Assembly: GCA_034226945.1 (NCBI GenBank) | Contig: CP120454.1 | Span: forward strand, 1,178,001-1,242,000 | DNA from: Picochlorum sp. SENEW3 | Lineage: Eukaryota | DNA length: 64,000 bases | Direction: 5' to 3' | Shown here: positions 43,282 through 54,596 of the stretch, piece by piece | Layout of the letters: each line of letters starts with the position of its first letter | Numbering within the stretch: position 1 is the stretch's first letter | The notes under the pieces: generated by a model | Databases searched by the model: none | Told to the model about the DNA's origin: nothing | What the model saw: only the letters and a program-made list of their open reading frames with translations | Position numbers and translations under genes: made by a program

Positions 43282-44373
43282 TTATAGTACTCTAATAGGG
43301 ACGTCCACACTTTCTTTACGAGTCTCACTGCAAGGACGTCCGATAACCACACAATCCTGCTGCACATAATACCTATCTGGGTTTGGTTCCATGCATGATC
43401 CAGTGGGATCCAGCACTGCTGAGCGGGGTGATATAAGGCCCTCTTCTCTGAGCAATGATGATGTATTTGCTTGATCGAAGCAAGAGAGATATGGCTTAAG
43501 CATGTCCACGTACTCAATCTGCTCGGTAATCCAATCTCGATATGCTGCGACGGACGTGTACACTCCTGGGTATCCGGGCTTGCCACATCCGTCTCCCCAG
43601 CTCACAACACCTACCTGAACTGGCGACTCTTTAGATTCATTTTCGGGATAAAGGTACACCAATGGACCACCTGAGTCTCCACCACAACTATCAGGGCCTC
43701 CTTTTTGGATGGGGTATGAGCCAGCGCATATCATCCCCGACTGCAGAATTGTGGGATCATATGACGAGGTTTTCTGGCACTCCTCCCTGTCATAGAAAGT
43801 CACCTGCGCGCTCAAAAGATTATCGCTTGGCCAGAGACCATCTGTGGTTTCGAGTCCCCAGCCATATACAGACAGTGTCTCAGAGGATGAGCCGGACTCT
43901 AATTGCTCCAGGAGCGCTTCATCTGCCAATTGTATTGTCTGTGTGATTCCGGTCAAATCGCGAAGAGGCTCGTCAAAGAATAAAAGTGCAATATCTGATT
44001 CAATGCTTTTGCTATTGTAATTCCTATGTACAACAGAGAGCTTGGGTCGATACATTGTCTCCAGAGTATACTGTGACTCTGCAATGTTATGATTTCCTAG
44101 CGCAACGTATGGCAACGTTGTATCATACCACTCCAATTTTTTCCTTGGTGCTATGCAATGAGCTGCTGTTAATATGACGTCCTCTCGAATGAGCGTCCCT
44201 CCACAAATATGAAATGCCGTATCATCACGAAGGCTGGCAATCCAAGGCACATCATATTTCACTTCAAGGCCCTGAACGATTCTTGCACTCTCCTGCTTGA
44301 GCAATCGACTTTGAGCTGGTGTACAAAATCCATGGATCACAAGAGCAATCAAAAAAAATGGTAGTGCACGCAT
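43282..44373 (-). CDS. Trypsin-like S1A serine protease 3 with a Cys-containing C-terminal extension
   Basis: Signal MRALPFFLIALVIHGFC, R-IVQG, LTAAHC, DIALL, DSCGGDSGGP, VVSWGDGCG, PGVYT. About 70 aa tail with 4 Cys. Confidence 0.92.
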   Translation of the reverse strand: MRALPFFLIALVIHGFCTPAQSRLLKQESARIVQGLEVKYDVPWIASLRDDTAFHICGGTLIREDVILTAAHCIAPRKKLEWYDTTLPYVALGNHNIAESQYTLETMYRPKLSVVHRNYNSKSIESDIALLFFDEPLRDLTGITQTIQLADEALLEQLESGSSSETLSVYGWGLETTDGLWPSDNLLSAQVTFYDREECQKTSSYDPTILQSGMICAGSYPIQKGGPDSCGGDSGGPLVYLYPENESKESPVQVGVVSWGDGCGKPGYPGVYTSVAAYRDWITEQIEYVDMLKPYLSCFDQANTSSLLREEGLISPRSAVLDPTGSCMEPNPDRYYVQQDCVVIGRPCSETRKESVDVPIRVL

Positions 44374-44662
44374 CCTTGGGAGGCATGCACGTACAAATGC
44401 TGTGATTGGGCCTTTTTTTGCCAGCACACTGGGGCAATGGCCCGGATTTGAAAAAAAATGGTATGCAATGCTGCTCTACCTCAAAGGCATAATAATTCGC
44501 TTAAAAGTTCTGTCAATCATAAATAAATTTATGTCAACTGATGACTCGAGGTCATACATCATGCAATGTTGATGCACTGAAATTGTCTGGGAAGCTGGCA
44601 GCCATGTTTGTTCCCCCAAGGGATTTGGCCTAGGGCTATCAAAAATGTGTCGCCGGCAAGAT

Positions 44663-46855
44663 TCACCCTGCGGTTTTCGCAGATTGTTCATCGGATTCCT
44701 CTCTGATCTCATGAAGCAGTGCGAAGAATTCGTGACGATATGGGGAAAACAATTGCTTGGCAGTTTTGCAGATTTGCTTGGCTCTCTTGCTTTTCTTCCC
44801 CTTTGGCATGGAATCATCCTTGGATTGAGACTGCTCCACATCTCTTGCATCTTCTTTGCGCTCAGACATGATCTCTAAACCCTGGGACAAGAGTCTGCAT
44901 ATTTTCTGTGCGGTTGTATCGGCTTTCTCGCGGTTTGCAAAGTAAACCGTATCAAATCTGTTTGACAGCCAAAGCCACAGTGTGGCCACCTGATGGGCAG
45001 CCTCAAAGTCTCTCATCGCATCCGAGGTAGTTGGGGGAACATCCCCTGGATCAATTTCCAACTCACACGCTTCCCCTGCAGCGTATTTTTTTGCGAAATA
45101 GAGGATAGCAGCCCGGATGCGTAGGTCGCCCGTGGACGCAGGGGCCATGCAGAAGGAATATAAATCCTTCATCGAAAGGCCACTGACCCTTTCAAGGAGT
45201 TTGGCCAACTCTATAGTGCTTTCTTGCTTGCAGAAGAAGTATTTACCCCCCAGTACTGCTTCCTGGGAAAACTCTTTAATTAAATCCGAGTATACTTGTG
45301 ACTGCTTACTAGCTGCAAATGCTTCAAAGTGTTCGTACTCTGGATAGATTCCAGCACGGGAAGTAGCCAATCGGTCGAGGGGGACACCAAGGCCTTCTCG
45401 TAGTCGTCTCACATCCCCTTTTTCGCGACATGTTGCTTTCCCAACAGAATATTGACTGCTTCTTCTTCCTGCTCTACCAGCAATCTGTTTGATCATGGAG
45501 ACGCTGACAGGAACTGTTGGTTTTGCATGCCCTTCTCGTTTATCCATTTTGTGAAAAATGACTCGCCGGATATTGAGGTTCAGCCCCATCCCCACAGCAT
45601 CACTTGCTACCATGATATCATAGCCACTAGTAGGATCATTGAAGAGTTTTGCTTGCTGCCGGCGAGTTTCCGGCGGCAGCGCACCATACACAACACATGA
45701 TTTGTACTGGGTTTCCACCTCAATCAATTGCTTGATTTGAAAAATATCAGCCCGTGAAAATGCTACGATGCAATCACCCGCCTCAACAGCCGAGTACCCC
45801 ATTTCTAATCCCCCATGTTCAATTTCTAGAGGAGTAAAACGGTCATACTTTCGAACTTCAAACTCTTCGCCAATTTGCTCAGTCATCCACTTGACCAGGG
45901 GGAGCGCAGAGCCATCTCCACACACATGTATTTCGCGCGCAGGAACCCCGAGTAATGCTCTCGTCCACGCCCATCCCCTAGATTCATCCCCAATCAGTTG
46001 AATTTCGTCGATGACCGCAACGTCTACAAGCTTCTCTAGATTCATCATTTCAACAGTGCAGGCAGTGTGTCGTGCACCAGGAACCTCTCTCCTCTCCTGG
46101 CCAGTAATCAAAGAGCAGTATGTTCCCTCTCTATTACAAGATTCATACACTTCCATTGCCAGCAATCTGAGAGGACCACAATATACACCGGAAGATGCAT
46201 GTTTCATTGCCAGCAGCGCATTGTACGTCTTCCCACTGTTTGTTGGCCCAGCATGGTAGATGACTCTTCTTTTCACTGCTCTAGCCACAGGAAACCACAA
46301 ATGTGGCTGTGACAAATCCCGGCAATTGACGATTCTCTCATATTCTTGTATCTCATAGGTATGATGAAGCTTTGTGTATTCCAAGAATGCATGCAGCACA
46401 CGATCCTCTGCGATACTACCCTCCTCTTCCTCCTCTGACTGTAACAACAGAGGACCATTGCCCTTCAATACCTTCTGAACAAAATCACGTGACGCTTTCT
46501 CAAACAATTCTAGACTGATATAGTGACGTAGTGATGCCTTCTGATTCCTAGTACTGGACCGAAACTTCTGAAGAGCACAAACCACTGCATTTTCTAAACC
46601 TGAATCAGACTCCTTCTGGTCAGGAGAACATTCTGATCGCTGCACAGGCTCCTGAGCCGTCAAACTGGCACAGCTTCTTATTAATTTATTATGAAAGTTG
46701 AATTCTCCACCAACTCCAGGGATCCATGACTGCGTCGCCCTCCAATTCTTCGCTGCATGTCGTCGAAAAACCTCTTGGTCAGAGACATTCAAAAATACAT
46801 CAGTTATCTTGGCCAACCGTATACAGCGGTGACCTGCAGAAAGATATTGACTCAT
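44663..46855 (-). CDS. SUV3: SUV3 mitochondrial DExH RNA helicase
   Basis: HAGPTNSGKT, GPLRLLA, DEIQ, RGWAWTRA, YGALPPETR, ASDAVGMGLNLNI, QIAGRAGR. Confidence 0.95.
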   Translation of the reverse strand: MSQYLSAGHRCIRLAKITDVFLNVSDQEVFRRHAAKNWRATQSWIPGVGGEFNFHNKLIRSCASLTAQEPVQRSECSPDQKESDSGLENAVVCALQKFRSSTRNQKASLRHYISLELFEKASRDFVQKVLKGNGPLLLQSEEEEEGSIAEDRVLHAFLEYTKLHHTYEIQEYERIVNCRDLSQPHLWFPVARAVKRRVIYHAGPTNSGKTYNALLAMKHASSGVYCGPLRLLAMEVYESCNREGTYCSLITGQERREVPGARHTACTVEMMNLEKLVDVAVIDEIQLIGDESRGWAWTRALLGVPAREIHVCGDGSALPLVKWMTEQIGEEFEVRKYDRFTPLEIEHGGLEMGYSAVEAGDCIVAFSRADIFQIKQLIEVETQYKSCVVYGALPPETRRQQAKLFNDPTSGYDIMVASDAVGMGLNLNIRRVIFHKMDKREGHAKPTVPVSVSMIKQIAGRAGRRSSQYSVGKATCREKGDVRRLREGLGVPLDRLATSRAGIYPEYEHFEAFAASKQSQVYSDLIKEFSQEAVLGGKYFFCKQESTIELAKLLERVSGLSMKDLYSFCMAPASTGDLRIRAAILYFAKKYAAGEACELEIDPGDVPPTTSDAMRDFEAAHQVATLWLWLSNRFDTVYFANREKADTTAQKICRLLSQGLEIMSERKEDARDVEQSQSKDDSMPKGKKSKRAKQICKTAKQLFSPYRHEFFALLHEIREESDEQSAKTAG

Positions 46856-47075
46856 TACATTGTTTTATACAGGTTATGTCGAATAGTTTCTCAGGAAAAT
46901 GAAGAAAAATCTTGAAAAATCCTCGTTCTGCTCTGTAAATAAAACATTAAATCACAAATTAAACCACAAATGACATGTGGAAACGTGCTCTCTCCAGAGA
47001 CCTTTTTTAAATCATATTCAAACACACATGATATGACTGTAATAAGGAGTGGGTCTGCGGTGCAAAATTAGAAAG

Positions 47076-49822
47076 ATGGATCAGTTGAAGGGGGCAGTTG
47101 GGCAGCAAGGAGAGGAAGAGAAAAAACACCATGATGGATCGTTTCAAAAGTATATGGAGGGCAAAATCCAAAAATTGGATGTGCAATTTCAGCAACAGTC
47201 GTCAATGGTGGCTCCGGTTGAAACAGATCCTGTTCTGAGCAAGTTGTTCAGGGGGGTCTCTATTCATGTGAATGGGTATACTGAGCCATCGCATTCGGTT
47301 TTGAAGCAGATGATGGCGCAATACGGTGGTTCATTTCAAAACTATTACTCAAGATCGATAGTGACGCATATTGTCTGTAGTAATTTACCGGATGCAAAGG
47401 TGAAGCAGTTTGAAAAGGAGAGAGACCCAACTCCAATTGTCAGGCCCGAGTGGGTGACAGAGAGCATACGAGCTCGACGATTGCTTTCTATCGATAGATT
47501 TATTTTATATAGACTACGTCCAGGGGGTCCTGGGCAGCAAACACTCGTGGATTCGCTGAGTAAAGGGAAGAAACGTTCTCCATATGATGAGAACAGACTT
47601 GCACAGGCTCTGGTGGTAGCTCAGAAACTGAGGCAAAACTGTGAGGTGCTCAAGGGTCCTCCCAAGTCTTCTAGAGATGATCCTAATTTTGTTGAATCAT
47701 TTTATAGGGCGAGTAGGCTTCATTTTATTGGGACTTGGAAAACGAGGGTGGAGAATCTCATGGAATCAGGTATTGCTGATGAGGCACCCACACCATCCAA
47801 GCCTGGCCCAGGGAATGAGAGAGCCATCATACACGTTGACATGGTGCGTCATATACCATGCCATTAAAGTGATTTTTCATCATCGTTTGGGTGATCACGG
47901 TATATATTTCTGTCTTGCAGGACTGCTTTTTTGCATCAGTTGCAGAGACCAGTCACCCAATTTTTAATGGCCTTCCTCTCGCTGTTTGTCATTCTAACGC
48001 GAAAGGGTCTGGTGAAATTTCTTCTGCAAATTATGAGGCTAGGAAGTATGGTATACACGCATCCATGTTTATGGGTAGAGCGAAGGAACTGTGTCCTCAG
48101 TTGATTGTGGTTCCGTATGAATTTGACAAGTATGAAGTTGTTTCAGAGTCGATGTACCGCATTCTGTTTCGATATTCGTCCCGTATTCAACCAGTGTCAT
48201 GTGATGAATCATATGTAGATGTTACAGGGCTTGGTGAGCCTAGTGATATTGCTAGAAAACTACGAAATGATATTGAAAAGGAAACAGGATGCAGGGCCAG
48301 TGCAGGAATTGGACCAAACATGATTCTTGCGCGAATTGCCACAGCAAAGGCAAAGCCTAATGGTCAATTCTTCCTTCCTGCTGATAATGCTCTACATGAA
48401 TTAGGGTGTCTTGATGTGGAAGAACTGCCCGGTATTGGCTGGGTGACTGGTACCAAATTACGAGAGGCTGGTTTTCAAGTGGTTGCTGACATTCAAAATA
48501 GCACGCAGTCTAAGATACAGGAGATCATTGGACAGAAGGCTGGAGCCATTGCATATAAATATGCGTTTGGTCAGGATGTCAGAGAGGTAGGACCGCCACC
48601 TAGCAGGAAATCAGTTGGGGCTGAAATTAATTGGGGTATTAGATTTGAGTCTCAAGATGATGCCGAGAGGTTCTTGCATTCAATTGCCTCTCAGATTCAT
48701 GATCGCCTGGATCAGATCAAGATGAAAGGAAAAAACATCACGTTAAAGATCAAAAAGAAACAAACTGGTTGGGTAGAGCCAGTAAAGTATCTTGGTATGG
48801 GCCGATGCGACAGCCTTTCAAAATCAATAGCACTCAACAGGGGCGTCTTCTCCACTCAAGATATTTACACAGAAGCGCTGGCGTTATTGCAATCGCTTCA
48901 CGTCATGTACTCGGATATTCGTGGCATGGGTTTGTCGATGACAAAATTGGAGCCGAGAGTGGAGAAGCAGGGTCAACCTGAACGCCATAACCATGCAAGT
49001 CCAACAAAGCCTCTAAACAGTATTGATCGATTCACTGTGCCGAAGCAAGACGCTCCATCACCAAAGAAAACTTTTGAGGATGAATCTAATAAAATCAGAC
49101 ATCCTCCTAGCATTCCGCATTCATCCATCGATCCAACTGTGTTTCAAGAGCTGCCAAAAGATATCCAAAAGGAGATTGAATTGCACTATGGGCTGCATGC
49201 CAATAGATTCAAGAAGAACAAATTACCTGTTTCCATGCCCAAGGCCAAGCGTAAAATTGCACCGATAACAAACGATCATCACTACTATGAGCCATTACGA
49301 ATGTCACAGATTGATACGTCGGTGCTCCACGAACTCCCAGAAAGTGTCCAGCAGGAGATTTTGAAGAGCATTGACCCAACTAAGAAAAATAGAAAAAAGA
49401 GGAATGCAGCAAAAGGTACACGCACGACAGACCACAAATCAACTGATACCAGTGAACAATACAAAGTAAGCAAACGTGAATTAGACGAAGCGTACACATC
49501 GTTGGTGGTAACGTTACCACCACTGTTGGTGGTCGCTGCAGAATGCCTTCATGCTGGCAATGTTGCCAGTGCCATTGCAAATCTCCAGACATGGCTCTCG
49601 CGCCATCAAGATACAGAGCACTTAGAGACATTCAAGCGCCTCGTGTGCCTTGAGTTTGAATCAAATGCTTCTGACGTATTCCTGGAACATGCATGGGTTC
49701 TTTGCAGAGGAATCCACCGCATCATCAATGCAACTATGCCATGTCAAAAGGCCATGCAGGATATTCTACACTCTCTTTTACAGAAAATTCGGGATAGGTA
49801 CAATATACATGTAAAGCTTTAA
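47076..49822 (+). CDS. REV1: REV1 translesion DNA polymerase (intron 47844-47920)
   Basis: N-terminal BRCT (FRGVSIHVNGYT...PEWV), SRLHFI, HVDM|DCFF, YEAR, SCDE, RKSVGAEINWGIRF and two UBM-like ELP motifs. Confidence 0.95.
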
Positions 49823-49847
49823 ATATGTATTGGTATTATCTTTCGCG

Positions 49848-51040
49848 TTACAGAATGGCATTTTCAAGTTGCCGCCGTAATTCCTGAATAGTCTTTCCAG
49901 TTTGGTATGATCTCACCACCTGCACCCCAAAGTCTTGTTGACCTACTCTACTAATGAAATCATCAACCTGTGTGGCATCTGAAACACCCGAATCCAATAA
50001 ATTACATGCAACCTCTACACCATTGTCAACTTCCAGACCCATTGCCTGAACAGCTTGCAACCCACCACCGCGTTCGCTGACTCTTCTTGCAATATCCTTT
50101 GCAACAGCCACATCAGGGGTGTTCAATACTACGTTATGATTCACCACCCAGGGAACAGACCCCACGCACGCAATCCCCCATTCTGGTCGAACCACGCTTG
50201 GACCAAACGCAGGTGGGTGTGCACGGAGAGCAGCTTGATGCTCTGCATCCAAACTGGCACCCTTCCATACTTGTGTTGTCCCGTGCATGGTCTGTGGCTT
50301 GAAATATCCAAACCTCCTCCGTATCTCAGCTAAACTCGTCTCTCCATCATGATATGATGCTGTTCCATATACATACGTGGGCAAGCCATATTCTTCACCC
50401 AGAAGGCGTGCAATCTTTCTCGCGGCATCCCGTGCATGACTCATTGTGTTGCCATCCTGAACCAATGGATGACATGAGATGTGATCCACGACCCCCAGAC
50501 GAGGATGCGTCGCACGATGCTTCCGCAAATCGATCAACTCCAAAGCTTTTGCTGACACTGTAGCCGCCCCTTGTGCAATTGCACTCGATGTGCTTCCAAC
50601 CAGTGTGATACCAGTTCTGTTGTACGTTGAATCTATGAAAACATGACCCATTATGGACACTCCCTTCGACGACGAATCTGTACCAGTATTCGAGAGACTA
50701 TCAACAATCGCATCAATGATTGTACGATCCTTCCCCTCGCTGATATACACGTTACACGCTGCACAGACAGAGTACCATGAGCATTTACTACCATAAAACT
50801 TTTTTTGGGGGAGAGACATTGTGTATCAACAGACTGCCACCACATACCCAATTCACTCAATGTGTGATCAGTCGAAAACCCCTTTGATCCTTCTCGGTTT
50901 GTCTGATTCAACATGTGTCCATCTCGTCCCGCAGAAGCTCTACACTGCTGTGCAGCACCCGTCAACCTGTGTATGGGTGTGGTAGGAGTCACCCCAAGGT
51001 CCCGGCACAGTCGTCCCAAAACGAAGACACCCCTCACCAT
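49848..51040 (-). CDS. Glutamate formiminotransferase-like protein with an organellar presequence (predicted intron 50847-50759)
   Basis: CNVYISEG, D..YNRT, IDL..H...HPRLGVVDH, LAEIRR, VQAMGL, EVACNLL. Upstream exon MVRGVFVLGRLCR... splices in frame at TTG G|GTATGT...GTGCAG|CG. Confidence 0.85.
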
Positions 51041-51400
51041 CTACAGTTGACATACTCTATTACAAGCACACAGTACAATTAATGCATCAACATTGGATCG
51101 AAGTAGAGATCTAGAACAAGGAAGTATGAATTAAATATTTCTGAAAGTCCTAATCAAGGAGAAGGCGCCTTCTTGCCGAGAAAGAAAGAGCGGGGACAGC
51201 GATCACGCTGCTGTATACTGATACGAAATTGCAATGTCATTTCCATTGCAAAATTTCTTTCAAAATCGGTGGCAATTGGCGAACCGATCAATCATCGAAA
51301 GAGCAGAGTGCTGGTTGTGAATTTGGGGCACCCTTTTCCTGCCTAGAAAACGGCATTAATTACACTAGGAGAAGCAAGGAGAAGCAAAAATCAGCATACA

Positions 51401-52210
51401 ATGGGTTGCGTTTTTAGTAGAAGCAGCACTACCGAGCCTGAGGATGCAGCAGAGTTGAACGAAAGAGATGGTGGAAGAGGTCCTTCTTCCTCGTCTGCCC
51501 AGGAGCATCGAGACCAGCGTAGTACACGATCCGTGGGTAGTATGCGAAGTAGTACAATTGCATCTCAGACCAATTTTAGTGTGTCTGAAGTGGATTCTTT
51601 GAGGGAATTGTATCGGAAGTTGAGTAATGAGCTCCATCATGATGGACTGATACACAAGGATGAACTTGCTTGGGCACTGTTCAAGTGTCACAGGGATAAT
51701 TTGTTTGTGGATCGGGTGTTCGAGTTGTTTGATATCAAGAATAACAACGTTATTGATTTTAGTGAATTTGTCATGTCGTTGAGTGTGTTTCATCCGAATG
51801 CCCCATTGGAGGAAAAGGCAAAGTGTATGTTGTGTGTGTCCATTAGGTCCCCATGGTTGCTCCATGCTTGATTGACAATATCGTATGTCTATGCAGTTGC
51901 GTTTCGTATATATGACATAAATCAATCTGGTGCGATCGAGCCGCCGGAATTGAAAAGGTTTTTGGTCGCCATTATGGCGGATAACCCTGATGTGCATCTG
52001 GATGATGAGGCATTGGAGAAGATTGTGGCGGATACCTTTGAACAGGTGGATGTGACTGGTGATGGGAAGATTGTTCCTGAGGAGTGGATGGCTCTTGTGA
52101 AGAAGAATCCTTCGATTATATCGTATATGACGCTGCCAGTGCTGGCAGATATCTGTAGAAAGTTTCCACCCTCGCCAGGGAAGCATCATTCAGAGCAGAG
52201 GAGGGGATGA
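51401..52210 (+). CDS. CBL: Calcineurin B-like calcium sensor (intron 51825-51896)
   Basis: MGC acylation motif, FSVSEVDSLRELY, 14-residue EF1 (SNELHHDGLIHKDE), NLFVDRVF, SVFHPNAPLEEK, and MTLPVL..I..KFPPS (FPSF-like). Confidence 0.92.
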
Positions 52211-52329
52211 CACGCCCATGCTCTGCTGAGTGATTGCTCAAATCACAGTGATGCAGGAATCGAAAATATTTGGATTATTTTGACCTTGTCGTCGTGTATA
52301 TTGCAAAAATTCAGCGGAACAAGATAGAA

Positions 52330-54204
52330 TTATCGATATCTTTTGTACTGGGGCTGATACATGGACTCGTATGCATGGTCCAGCAGGTTGTGTGGTTTTG
52401 GAAGCTCTGTAGCTTCACCAATCTGGTACGCTTTACCAGCTAATCCCGCGCCAACATGAGCCGCAACATCGCGAGAAGCTCCTATTGGAGGCATGAGGCA
52501 TCCAGCTTCGATGGCATCATCAGGCACTAGATTGGCAACTGTTTTTGCCACAGTGACAAACATTTCATCCCTCAAGCGTTTTGATCGGGACATTGTTGTT
52601 CCCAGTGCAATACCTGGGAAGATATGCGATGTGCATAGCTTGGTTGCTTCTTTTTGTACGGAGCCTACCTGTATGATTCCATGTGTATGTCGATCAGCAA
52701 AGAAGCATTTGCCCTTGGTCCATTCATAGGCATCCTTGGCACTCACTTCTGCACTTCCTGGATTGCCTCCAGGGCTGTGCAGTGACATTGGTAGAATGAC
52801 AGGTCGCTCTACACCTTCACATGCAGCTTCTAATACCTCTTTTGTAAAAGCAAATGGTGGTTTATCTTTTGACAGCCCAATGATGACAGTTGGCTTGATG
52901 TGCTTCACTGCACTGAGAAGGGATGGGCATTCAGGTCCATCTTCAATATAAGGGAGTTTATGATCCTCCAAGACATCTGCATCCGCTCTTGTACGTACTA
53001 ACAATCCTTTTGAATCCACTAAATGGATAGCTTTACGCACTTCTAATACAGTCCCCACCCTTGTGGATCGCTGAATTGCTTCTTCCAACAATTCAGCAAT
53101 CGCAGTCAACACAGGACTTTCTCCCACGAGAATAAACCGCTGATCCGCAAGGTTTGTTCCTGTAATACGCTGTGTTGCCAACACGGCTGCTAGTGCTAAA
53201 ATAGGAAGACCGAATTGAGCATCACTGAACACTGGAAAGCTTCCTCGGTATTCAGACACAAGTTTGCTCTGTGTCTCAAAAGCCATATCCTGGAAATCCA
53301 CCATCACAGCTGCTCCAAAACGACGCTGAACAGCAGACAAAAGTTCATCAATAAGTTCATAGTAATCGTCCCCTCGCACGCGATGATGCTTCATGCCCAC
53401 ATAAATAGGATCAGACAACAATCGCTCTGTATCAGTTCCATTATCAATTGTCACTGGAAGACACGTCGATGGGTCCACACCGCCGAGGGCAACATATTGT
53501 GCTAGTCTTGATATCGGAGATCCGATTGCCTGAACACCCAAATCTCCAAAGGTTCCCACAGATTCGCCATCTGTCAAGCAGATTGCTTTGACCCTTCGCT
53601 CTGGCCAATTCTTCAGAATAGAAAACACGTGACCTTTATCCTCCAATGACAGGAATAATCCACGAGGGAGAGATCGAAACATGAGAGAATACTTTTGACA
53701 ATACTCCCCCATGGCAGGGAATTGAAGCAAAGGCAGCAATTCTTCAATATTATTTTGCAACACATGATAAAACAGCCGCTCATTCCTCTCCTGTAGACTC
53801 ATTAAATACGTCACCTTTCGCACAGACGTCTTCATATGCCTAATATTAATCAACACGCGCTCTGCCTGCACATCTTGGCTAATAACTGCAGGTGGCAACA
53901 GCCCTCTGAGATAGAGCCGATCCCTCTCTCCATTTGTAAATGCCAATCCCTTGTTGTATTTCGCATTGCGCATCAAATCCACCCCTGAAATCACACTACG
54001 AACCCATGGTGTCGTAGGTCGTGAGTGCGTCGAATCACCATCACTATCATGCCCATCATTATGCGGATTTCTGAGAAAAACTCCATGGTGATACCACTTG
54101 TTGGCTGTGTGTCCACTACTCGACGTCGAACACACAGCCGCTGTCTCTATAATGCGCTGCAAAATCAGCCTCTGTCGTAACGTATGTCGAAGTAACATGC
54201 TCAT
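52330..54204 (-). CDS. Malic enzyme homolog with a mitochondrial-type presequence and substituted catalytic residues
   Basis: NKGLAFT..ER, RGLLPP, LQERNERLFY, KNWP, TDGE, GDLG, LPVTID.GT, LVDSKGL, KPTVIIGLS, IFPG, MYQP.Y. Confidence 0.9.
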   Translation of the reverse strand: MSMLLRHTLRQRLILQRIIETAAVCSTSSSGHTANKWYHHGVFLRNPHNDGHDSDGDSTHSRPTTPWVRSVISGVDLMRNAKYNKGLAFTNGERDRLYLRGLLPPAVISQDVQAERVLINIRHMKTSVRKVTYLMSLQERNERLFYHVLQNNIEELLPLLQFPAMGEYCQKYSLMFRSLPRGLFLSLEDKGHVFSILKNWPERRVKAICLTDGESVGTFGDLGVQAIGSPISRLAQYVALGGVDPSTCLPVTIDNGTDTERLLSDPIYVGMKHHRVRGDDYYELIDELLSAVQRRFGAAVMVDFQDMAFETQSKLVSEYRGSFPVFSDAQFGLPILALAAVLATQRITGTNLADQRFILVGESPVLTAIAELLEEAIQRSTRVGTVLEVRKAIHLVDSKGLLVRTRADADVLEDHKLPYIEDGPECPSLLSAVKHIKPTVIIGLSKDKPPFAFTKEVLEAACEGVERPVILPMSLHSPGGNPGSAEVSAKDAYEWTKGKCFFADRHTHGIIQVGSVQKEATKLCTSHIFPGIALGTTMSRSKRLRDEMFVTVAKTVANLVPDDAIEAGCLMPPIGASRDVAAHVGAGLAGKAYQIGEATELPKPHNLLDHAYESMYQPQYKRYR

Positions 54205-54596
54205 ATCGAGTATCTATATCATGAACTGGTGATAAATCTGGGGATTCGCACAAATGTCATGCAATTACAAAGAATCGCCCATGGGCGGATTGATGTTACT
54301 TTGATGGAAATTTATGGCTCATATATCGATTTGTTCGCCCCATATGCCATTAAGAGTGCGAATATTCTAGAGCATTGACATGTTTCGACACAATCTTCCG
54401 GAGTATACGATATCAAATGCGTCCAATCCAGTCACCCTGTTGATGGTACGCAAACGTACACGTGCTTCAGGGATTGTGGGTACCCAATCTGCCCTGAGCA
54501 AATCGTCACAACATGACCCTCCTACACACCATTGGCTCATAATTCAATTCATTATTGAAATTACACAATTCACAGCAGCCAACTAAATTAATTAAT

